Assembly: GCA_002269645.1 (NCBI GenBank)
Contig: NIVC01000109.1
Coordinates: forward strand, 669,670-733,669
Source of the DNA: Macrostomum lignano
Taxonomy: Eukaryota
Reading direction: 5' to 3'
DNA length: 64,000 nt
Every line of letters starts with the position of its first letter. Position 1 is the first letter of the stretch. The notes under the pieces were generated by a model. That model was not told the DNA's origin. It searched no databases and was given only the letters and a program-made list of their open reading frames with translations. The position numbers and the translations under genes are program-made. Shown one piece after another: positions 11,346 through 22,800 of this stretch.

Positions 11346-13843
11346 TCTCAAATCCGGAATATTAGTCATGCTGCAAGGGTTCGTTACTTGACTGGTAAAA
11401 AATAACAAAAGAATTTGAAGCAAATGTCAATTCGAAATGAAACTGTTGGCTGCAAAAACCTTGATTCAGCTAATTATCGTATTCGTTCTTGGAGACGATC
11501 GACTTAGCAACAAAGCTGGCCCAGCTTTTGCGTCTGGCCCATATATAGAATAAATTGATCGAGTCAGGGTTCGATTCACTGGCATGGAGCTGTACGACCC
11601 CCCCCCCCACGCAGATCTTCAAGTGAGTTTGGCAGGAAATTTAACACCGCAACGCAACACAGGAAGCATATTGCAGTGCTAATTTACATTTACATTTTAA
11701 TGGCAGATGTGAAAGGGCCTTTAAAACAATTAGGACAACTTAAGTAGATATATGTTACTTAAGTAGTCCTTGGTTTAAAAATAAACCTAGCGATTAAAAA
11801 CTTTATAGTATTAGAAAGATTTTTGACCATACCATCTATGTAGAAGACGTGCTCGATCTAGACATTTTTTCATGTTCAGTGTTTGCGTATTAGCTAACGT
11901 TTATAGTCGGGATGATCATGCATTCATACAATTGTAATCTGATAGACAATTGTCAATCAATTTAAGCAAGAACGAAACACCGGCTAAGCAGCGAATTCCG
12001 TTGAACTAAGGAAACAAATTTTGAGTGAACTAGTCCTGTCGTGTGCTACGATTTTTTCTCATTCATGTACCGGCGCACATTATAATTTGATTTCAGAATT
12101 ACTTTTATGCATTAAAGACTTGAAAAGCGCACAGCTTTAAACAGATATTTTTATATAACTAGACTTTGTTTGTTTTGTTACAGCATTAAAGTAGTGCTGA
12201 AGATGTAGAATATAAATTTAAGAAAATCGCGCTCATGAAATATATGAGAGAGAGAGAGAGAGAGAGAATAAGAGAAGGAAGTGAAACAAGACAAGATGCT
12301 TTCATTTTATTTCTCATTTTTTTAATTAATCGAAAGGCGAAAAAGTGAAAGTGAGGAAGCTAGCATTTTATTAATGTCGTTAGTCGTACATCAGTGTCGA
12401 ACTATGAACTTTTGACTGTCAAATCGGGTTTTTAACATTTACTTCTGTTAAACAAAACTTATATGTGCTCAAAATATTTTTGCTAGAAAAGAAAGTTCAA
12501 AAAAAAAATTGACTGCTTAAAGTTTTTTTAATTACTTAAGTTTAAAAGCAAAAAGAATTTCGTTTTTTAGATTAACACATTTTGACTAATACAATTTCCT
12601 TGTTTCCAAGATGCAATTTCCGAAAAGTTAACCGAAATGAAGCTGAATTTATTAAGTTAGGTTCTACGGTCCATCGAATTGTCGAATCTACTAAAAAAAC
12701 TAAGCAGTTAACATTAATTGTCATCTTCCTGATACTTTTATGTTTATTTTTTACTCACTTGCCAATACTGCTAGCCTAACCTAGTTTATATTTGTTTTCG
12801 GGATTCGATTTGTGACTATGCTTCATCGTGCATGGTCAGCCATCGACTTTGGTGATAGTTATTAACTGTTTTTATTAAGATGTGCTATGTAAAAGCGTTA
12901 TTAGTTTAGAAAAGGTGAACCAGCTTACGTGTTTCAAACAAGAGAAATTTCTGTTTTGCTTTTCTTTTTTTAATAAACTATCAAAGTAATTCTACTTTGC
13001 TATTGATGCAACTATTTGTCTCAGGCTTAGGTGTTTACTGTAGTAAAGCAGAAGATATTATGCTAGAATTACTAGTTACTGTAGTATTTTTAATTTAATC
13101 ATTTTGTATCTAGACAATGGATCTCATTTTCAACTAATTATAATTTAAATATAATACACTGCTTCTTATACAGAAAATGCCAAGAGTTTAATTTATAATT
13201 TTTAGATATAAGAATTATGGTTTAAAGAATCATATATGCTCGTACAGGTAGTTCATTTTGTCTACAAGGCTATAAATTATTTATTACTTAAGAAAATATT
13301 TAGAATAGCTATGATTTTTTATTTTTAAACTTGCTTCTTAGAGATTATTCTACCTTGATGATTATTTATGACTAATATAGAAATCTATAATTTAACATTA
13401 ATCACCTAGAAGCTAACAATTTGTGTAAAAAAGTGATACTTTTTTTAATTTTTTAAATAATTTTTTGCTAGAGATAGCAGATATATCTTTAGTCAGATAC
13501 ATGCTATCTCTTTTAGCCAATTTCAAGTTGGCAAGTACATATATAATTTGCATTAAGAATTGGCCAGATTGTTCAGATTATATATATAAACCTCAAGTTA
13601 ACTGGGTCTTATACTGTAAACGTATAATCTAGTAACTTACCATAAGTTTATTGTTCTCTATATCCTATTTATTTAACTACTGAAACATATTTTATGTTTA
13701 TATGCTGTTACTGTTAATACTATTAATTATATTTTCGATTATACGCACTTTGCAGCCTTTTGCTCACTGAGAGCAGCTGAGCAGGCAATTGCTTCGAATC
13801 CGAGACAAGAAACAGTAAGATTGCGTCTGCCCCAAACCTCGCA

Positions 13844-16800
13844 ATGTCCATCATCCGTTCGCTCTTCTCCTGCGTCAGCGACAGACGTCAGGGCCATCGG
13901 CGAATCTCGTCTAGTCGACTAAAATTTGGCCAGCCAGCCGGTCAGGTGTTCGGCTCCGGCCCCCTGCCACCGCCGCTGCGCGACCTGCTGATCCACATCG
14001 CCCGCGATGGAGTTGCAGTCTGCGACTTGTTCCGCCGGCCTGGCAACCCGGTGCAGATGCGCAAAATTATCAAATGCCTGGCGGAGGGCCGGCCAGTGGA
14101 CTGGTCCGACTACAACTTCTGGACGGTGGCCAACGTGGCCAAGAAGTTCTTGCTGGCCATTCCCGACGGAGTGTTCGGCAAGACTGGCGAGGCGACCCTG
14201 CTTGGCGCGCTGGACGTCGGCGCTGGTGGCGATTCGCACGAGCACCGGGTCCGGATCATGCACGGGTGAGCAAGAGTTAAGCAAAGCAGGTTGCGGTTAG
14301 TACACAGTTTGAAATGAGTTACGAAGGCATTAGTTTGATTGAGGCAGACAGAAATTATTGATATTACCTTACCAAGCCAAGGGCTACAATACTCATAGTG
14401 TAGGAGCGTAATTACCCATCTAGTTATTCCCCAAAACTAGACATTTGCCTAATCTAGTAGTTTTTTAATGTAATTAAGTTTCCCAATCTAGTAATTCCCC
14501 GAATGTAGGCATTCCATTAATTTAGTAATTCCCCGAAGGTAGACATTCCCCTAATCTAGTAATTCCCCGAATGTAGGCATTCCCCTAATTTAGTAGTTCC
14601 CCGAGGGTAGACATTCCCCTACTCTAGTAGTTCCCCGAAGGTATAACCATTCTTTAAACTAGTAGTTCCCTGAAGGTAATTAAGTCCCCCAATCTAGTAA
14701 TTCCCCGAATGTAGACATTCCCCTAATCTAGTTATTCCCCAAAAGTAATACATTCCCCTAATCTAGTTATTCCCCAAAAGTAATACATTCCCCTAATCTA
14801 GTTATTCCCCAAAAGTAATACATTCCCCTAATCTAGTTATTCCCCAAAAGTAATACATTCCTCTAATCTAGTTATTCCCCAAAAGTAATACATTCCTCTA
14901 ATCTAGTTATTCCCCAAAAGTAATACATTCCTCTAATCTAGTTATTCCCCAAAAGTAATACATTCCTCTAATCTAGTTATTCCCCAAAAGTAAGACATTC
15001 CCCTAATCTAGTTATTCCCCAAAAGTAATACATTCCTCTAATCTAGTTATTCCCCTAAAGTAATACATTCCTCTAATCTAGTTATTCCCCAAAAGTAAGA
15101 CATTCCCCTAATCTAGTAGTTTCCCGAAGGTGGACATTCCCCTAATCTAGTAGTTTCTTGAAGGTAGACATTTCCCTAATCTAGTTATTCCCTGGAACTT
15201 AGACAAAAAATCTAATATTTTCAAGTTTCGAGTTCAATTTAACGCGCTTCAACTTGTTTGCTAAAATATCTCAACATCATCTGCAGCCTGTTTGAATCAG
15301 CAGGTGGGGGCTGTGCCTGTCAATTTAGCTCGTTCCCCAGCATCAGGCAATGATGCTAAGATTTGCGTCATTGTGTGGTTTGCTGTGTGAACTGCTGGGG
15401 TGCTTAAGCCTAGACTAGACTAGATTGCTTCAGTTTGGCTGAATCTTCACTTTCTAACCGGGCCCGTCACCGCCGCCCTCCCACCCCTTTCGGCCGCTTT
15501 AGCGTGCCAAGAATTGCTGCAGGTTTGTGTCAAAAATCCAAACACAACTGTTTATAACATTGACCAGCAAGGCAGTGAAGTTAGAAGAAGATCTAAGGAG
15601 AAATGTGAAGTTCATTGAGGTCACCAGTTTTACTTATCGTGTCTGGTTTTAGCCAAGCATTCGCAGGTTTATGTTCACACTAGTTTAATAAACTGAACTA
15701 TAAAACTTTATTAGCATAATTTCGCTTGATTTAAACCGCAAACTAAAGCTGGCCTCGTCTGACAGATTCGTGAATGTACATTTTAGATTTAAATATTCTG
15801 TGAAAGATTCAATAAGTTCGCTTAGCAGTCCATATGCAGATAACAGAGCTGCACCTGGCGGAGACCTCAGCTCTGATAGATCTACCGTACCCGTATGCTT
15901 AACTAATGTAGCTTCTCTCCACTTCTGGTTACCTAACAACGTGGGTGTTCGTTAGAGAGAAAATCTCTCTCTTTCTGTATCGCATACCTTTTAAGGTAGC
16001 ATTTTTTGGTGGCATAGTTAATTAATATGATTTCCCGTTTCCACATTAATAATATACGGCAATAGTTTCTCTGACTTTAATTAAACTGGCTCTAGATGCC
16101 TGCGGGACTTCTGCTGCCGAAATTTACATATTGCATTCAATATTTATATGACGATTGAAAGGTCGGGGGTTCGATTCTCGACCCACTCGGAACAATTTGT
16201 GTCCTTGAGCAAGACACTGAAGTCTGTATTGCTTCAGTTATGGGTGCCAGCATTAGCTGGGGTAATTAAGGGTGTGTGGCGACCCCCCCCCCCCCCGGTC
16301 CTTGGACTGAACAGCCGTACGCAGCCTTCAGATGCTCCGCGCAATAGCTGCGGCAGAGCTGTCGGTTGTACATCTGCCTATTAGGGCAGGTTTAATTAAA
16401 TATCATTAGTATTATAATTCAAAATATTCATGCGGTCTTAATCCAAGTCTGTTCAACTTTACTGTGCTTTCATTTCGAGTTATCTCGTCCCTCCCCCCCA
16501 ATGTACATTCCGAGTTATCTCAGTCCCCCCCCCCAATGTACATTCCGAATTATCTCAGCCCTCCCCCCAATGTACATTCCGTGTTATCTCAGCCCTCTCC
16601 ATAATGTACATTCCGTGTTATCTCGGCCCTCTCCCAATGTACATTCCGTGTTATCTCAGTCCCCCCCCCAATGTACATTCCGAGTTATCTCAGCCCTCCC
16701 CCCAATGTACATTCCGTGTTATCTCAGCCCTCTCCATAATGTACATTCCGTGTTATCTCGGCCCTCTCCCAATGTACATTCCGTGTTATCTCAGTCCCCC

Positions 16801-19800
16801 CCCCAATGTACATTCCGTGTTATCTCAGCCCTCTCTCCAATGTACATTCCGTGTTATCTCAGCCCTCTCTCCAATGTACATTCCGTGTTATCTCGGCCCT
16901 CTCCCCAATGTACATTCCGTGTTATCTCAGCCCTCTCCCCAATGTACATTCCGTGTTATCTCGTCCCTCTCCCGAATGTATACATTCCGTTTTATCTCGG
17001 CCCTCTCCCCAATGTACATTGCGTGTTATCTCGGCCCTCTTCCCAATGTACATTCCGTGTTATCTCAGCCCTCTCCCCAATGTACATTCTGTGTTATCTC
17101 GGTCCTATCCCTGATGTACATTATGTGTTATCTCGGCCCTCTCCCCAATGTACATTCCGTGTTATCTCAGCCCTCTCCCCAATGTACATTCTGTGTTATC
17201 TCGGTCCTATCCCTGATGTACATTATGTGCCTCTTATCTGGGCCCCGCTATGTTCACTTTGTGTTGTATATTAATAAACAGTATTCGAAGGCAGAAAATG
17301 GGTATGAATTTCTTGTATTTTGCTTTCTAGCAGTAGCACAAAAAGCCTGATTGATGAACACAGGTAGGGTGTTCCTGGCTACGCCTTTTCTTTGCCAAAT
17401 TGGGGTTTGGGAGCTACGGCACCCTCCTAGCTGGCGGAAACCCGAGAACGTTAAGGGTGGGGCCTCAGAGCTATTGTGGTTTCACAGGCCTCTTGCCATA
17501 CGGTAGACCTGCGTTATCGTCTTCCCAGTTAATGAGCTGGCTTCCTATGAGGATCCGATGGCAGTATCTTATCTCACTGCATTGCTCCTCGGGAATTGTT
17601 CTTCTCAACAGCCCTTGAAGCTCCCGCGCGGTAGAAACTTAACGAAGCAAGCGGCAATGAGGATGAAGCAGTGGAGTTTGACAGCATAGAACCAATAGAG
17701 TATCTTGAGGGGGGTTTTTTATTGTAGAAAGAATATAGCGCGCTGTTGCTATTACGTAATCGGTTTCCTGGAAAAGCTGTGGCAATTCCAAGCGATTGCG
17801 TCATCTATTATTGGGATGCCAAACTAGATTCTGCAGGCCCAGGCTTTGCCATATTTATCATGAGGTGAATTGACTGTGTTGTATTCTCCTGCAAAGGTCA
17901 CAGCCCAGCTGCCCGGATGCAGCAGCATCTTTTGACCTCGTTTAGCCAATGTTATTATTCCGTAGCCTTCCTGCTTAGCACTCGAAAACAAGAAGACTTG
18001 CAAGACTATGAGCTTTGAGTCATCTTTATATTGATTTGGGTAGGCTTGGCTTTCAATTTAGGCTTCTGCCTGAGGTCATCTGCCACGCCCCTAGAGGTCA
18101 CTGGGCCCTAGTAGTCAGTAGGAGGTCACTTGATCCCCTAGGAGTCTGTCGAAGTTAACTCAACCCCCCATAAATCCATTGGAGGTCACCTGACCTCTGG
18201 TCCTTTGACCTCCAGTAGTCAATCGAAAGTCACCTGACCCCCCAGTAGTTCATCGGAGGTCACCTAACCCCGAGTAGTCCATAGGAGGTCACCTGACCCC
18301 CAGTAGTCCATCGGAGGTCACCTAACCCCGAGTAGTCCATAGGAGGTCACCTGACCCCCCAGTAGTCCATTTGAGATCACGTGACCCCAAGAGGTTTAGC
18401 AGGGTCAACATTGCTTTTAATGCTACTCCATCCGCCCCCCCCCCCAATCGCAGGGTGATTGCAAGTCAGCCCCTGGCAGTGCAGCAGCTTCTGGCCCTGC
18501 TATTCGGCATCTGGTTCCGCATGATCTACCACACCGACGTGAACTCCATGTCCGTGGAGGCTGTCGCCAAGAGCGTGGCCGGTTCAATGTTCCACTCGTG
18601 CACAGACGATCCTAGAAAAGTAAGGCGTTTGGTTATTCAGAAATACTCACTGGGCTTAGCTTAAGAGATCACTCGACCACTATTAGTAAGATACTGCAGA
18701 GGTCATGTGACCCCTAATAGTCATTCTGTAGGAGGTCACATGACCCCTAATAGTCAGATACTGTAGGAGGTCACCTGACCCCTAATAGTCAGATACTGTA
18801 GGAGGTCACCTGACCCCTAATAGTCAGATACTGTAGGAGGTCACCTGACCCCTAATAGTCAGATACTGTAGGAGGTCACCTGACCCCTAATAGTCAGATA
18901 CTGTAGAGGTCATCTGACCCCCTAATTGCCAGATACTGTAGGAGGTCACCTGACCCCTAATAGTCAGATACTGTAGAGGTAACTTGACCCCTAATAGTCA
19001 GATACTGTAGGAGGTCACGTGACCCCTAATAGTCAGATACTGTAGGAGGTCACGTGACCCCTAATAGTCAGATACTGTAGGACGTCACCTGACCCCTACC
19101 AGTTAGATACTGTAGGAGATAATCTACAGTAATAATAATAATTCTATATCCCCTATATTAAGGTGGAACGCGCCTCAAAAGTGATGGAGCTGCTGATCTC
19201 CGGATTCGCTTCCGAGGACCTGTTCGGCTCTGAGCTGATTGAGTACTTCACCAGCACCACCGGCACCTCCATCAACCGCAGCCAACTGTACGCCTACGAG
19301 GTCAGCTACCCGCCCAGCATGTCTCGTAAGTTTCTTCCTTCTTTTTTTCTGTGCCAACACTCTATTTCATTAATTCTGAAACAGACAGGATATTTAGGAG
19401 ATTAGGCGACAAAATAAACCTTGCCTATTTAATTAGAAATGCTTTTTTTCACACTCTACACCACATACTCTCGCTTCACCCTCTCACTTCATCCCTCTCC
19501 CTGCATTCCTCTCCTTCACCCTTCTCCCTTCATCTCTCTTCCTTCACCCTTCTACCTTCATCTTTCTTCCTTCACCCTTCTCCCTTCATCCCTCTCCCTT
19601 CACCCTTCTCCTTTCATCTCTCTCCCTTCATCTCTCTCCCTTCATCTCTCTCCCTTCATCTCTCTCCCTTCATCTCTCTCCCTTCACCTCTCTCCCTTCA
19701 CCTCTCTCCCTTCATCTAGCTCCCTCATCCATCTCCCTTTATCTCTCTCCCTTGATCTCTGTCCCTCATCCATCTCCCTTCATCTCTCTCCCCTCATCCA

Positions 19801-22800
19801 TCTCCCTTCATCTAGCTCCCTCATCCATCTCCCTTCATCTCTCTCCCCTCATCCATCTCCCTTCATCTAGCTCTCCATCTAGCTCCCTCATCTCTCTCCC
19901 TTCATCTCTCTCTCTTCACCCCCCAACCTTTTTCCTTCATCTCCTTTCTCCCTGCCCCCAGCCACACCCCCTGCTGATGGATTTCCCGCTACAATTTGAA
20001 TACTGTTCGTGCGTCCTGCAGTTTGCTACACAATGAAACGCACAAGGGTTTGAAGAAAAAGATGACACAGACGGCCTTCTCTCGGGGATCCGAAAGTTTT
20101 CCTTTTTTAACAAAATGACGTCTGGTCGCAAAAATTCTGTCCATCAAAACAAAAATACAAAAATATACCAGCCAGGGCCACTCGGGCAGGTTACTCGTAA
20201 AAATGCGGCAGACTTATGAAGTCCAAAGGAAGAAAATCCTGTTTTTGCCCTGCTTTTGACAGCCGCCCAAATTGACTTGCAAAGATTTCGCGAAACGGGG
20301 ACGCGAATCTACTCAATTATCTGGACTTTAATAGTACATCTTACTGCTCGAGAAATAGATTGTAAGGCATAATAAACTCTCCTATCTCCGATGTAAACAG
20401 CTCGATATTAAAAGTGCTTTCTTTAATCTTCTCTATCTGTCCTAAGCTTCTTGCCCCCGACAGCTGGGCGGCTGTGTCTTTAGTGTCACGGGGGGGGGGC
20501 TTCGAGAGAGACAGGACAAGGATGAAGAAAGTTAGCTCTGCAACTAATCAAGATAGATGGCTGCGTGCACTTACTGGGTCTGGCTGGTCCACTTGACCTC
20601 TTGTGTGATTTTTTCTCTGAAATGACTTTGAGTAGTTTACTCAAGGCTCTTGTAGTAGATGGATTTTGTAGATGGACTTTGACTTAAGCACCGGCTTTTT
20701 CTTGGGGGGTTTTACGCTAATTCCTTGTTCTCAGATCCTCAGCTGCTGGGCCAGCCTCCCAGATCCTCAGTTGCTGAGCCAGCCTCCCAGATCCTCAGTT
20801 GCTGAGCCAGCCTCCCAGATCCTTAGTTGCTGAGCCAGTTTCCCAGATCCTTAGTTGCTGAGCCAGTTTCCCAGATTCTCAGTTGCTGGGCCAGCCTCCC
20901 AGATTTTCAGTTGCTGGGCCAGCCTCCCAGATCCTCAGTTGCTGGGCCAGCCTCCCAGATCCTCAGTTGCTGAGCCAGTCTCCCAGATCCTCAGTTGCTG
21001 AGCCAGTTTGCCAGGTTCTCAGTTGCTGAGCCAGTTTCCCAGATTCTCAGTTGCTGAGCCAGACTCCCAGATCCTCAGTTGCTGAGCCAGTTTCCCAGAT
21101 TCTCAGTTGCTGAGCCAGCCTCCCAGAACCTCAGTTGCTGAGCCAGCCTCCCAGATTTTCAGTTGCTGGGCCAGCCTCCCAGATTTTCAGTTGCTGGGCC
21201 AGCCTCCCAGATCCTCAGTTGCTGGGCCAGCCTCCCAGAACCTCAGTTGCTGGACCAGCCTCCCAGAACCTCAGTTGCTGGGCCAGTCTCCCAGATCCTC
21301 AGTTGCTGGGCCAGCCTCCCAGATCCTCAGTTGCCGGGCCAGCCTCCCAGATCCTCAGTTGCTGAGCCAGCCTCCCAGATCCTCAGTTGCTGAGCCAGCC
21401 TCCCAGATCCTCAGTTGCTGAGCCAGCCTCCCAGATCCTCAGTTGCTGAGCCAGCCTCCCAGATCCTCAGTTGCTGAGCCCGCTCGCGTCGCAGTCACCA
21501 GTGTAGGCAGAGTCAGCTGATGGCCTGTTAGGCAAGCTTACAATGAAGCCGCGATCGCCCCCCAGGCCAGCGGGCAATGCAGCTGTTTGCCGAAATTCTG
21601 ACTGCCGAGTCTCAGAAGCGCGGCTTTCACATAATCGTCGATGGTAAAGCTTTCGGTTTTATTTTTAGCGCGCACCTGTCACTTTTTTGTCTGGAACCGG
21701 TAATTGGTTTACAGCCTTTGCAGCTTCTTCAAGACAGCACTCCGTGTCTCTTTATCATTCTTAACACGTATTCTTTCTGTAGAGATAGTTGCTTATAAAT
21801 TTATTGGACAGTTGAATGATACTACTCTTTCCAGTAGAGTTATTTGCGCAGGAGAATAATATTAATTTTTTATTGCGAGTATAACTGGTGCTGAGATATT
21901 GAGAGTTGCACATGGTTTCATCGTGTTTAGCACTGGGCCTCCAGCCCGACACTTTAGATATTAAGCGATAAAAAGGTACACACTAGATATCTACTACTGT
22001 TGTCAGTAGACTACTTTTTGCCTTATTGAAATATTTTTAATTTTATCTAGCCAAGATAATGCACCAATTTGATTTCTCTTTTTGGTGTTGTTTTTTGTCA
22101 AAATTTTCCGTTAATACTCGTAATATGTGGTTTAAATAACAAGTAAAATTATACACGCATAGCTCAGCCTAATGTCTAAAATACCAATGATTTTTTCGCC
22201 TCATACACTTGTTCAGCTATCTCGGAGGCGCAGTTCAAGAACGTTATGCGAGACGGCCTTGAGAATTATCGCGGTGCCGCGTTTGGTAAGTTTGCAGTCT
22301 TTGGAACTGGAAGCTTCAATTCTATATATAGTATCTGGCGTTATGATCAAGAATCGACTCTAAAAATAGAATGACGTCATGATAGTGTTGATTCTAAAAA
22401 TAGCAAATGACGTCGTGTACAAGCTTCGGTTCTAAAAATAGCATCGGATGGCATGTACAAGCTTCGGTTCTAAAAATAGCATCGGACGGCATGTACAAGC
22501 TTCGGTTCTAAAAATAGTGTCTGACGTCATGTAGAAGCTTGGGATCTAAAAATAACATCTGATTCATTTTCCGACTTTCCGACTTCCAAGTTTATTTAGA
22601 AGTTTTTTTCCTCTTTTGAAATCATCACGATCCGTTCCTCCCTCCGACCAAACCACCCACCAGACGTGACTCCGACCCTCATCACCGAGTACGCCTCGCT
22701 GCAGCCTCCCATGAACCCATCACTAGCCAACGCCAACTCAAACGCCGTAGACCGGGCCAACCCTAACAGCCTGTTCGGCCCGAGTGACTCGCTGTCCGTG

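Noticed and set aside
17345-17900. GC-richer island in RhoGAP intron 1 that may be a retroelement remnant
   Set aside because: No recognizable protein motif, termini or second copy in the window.
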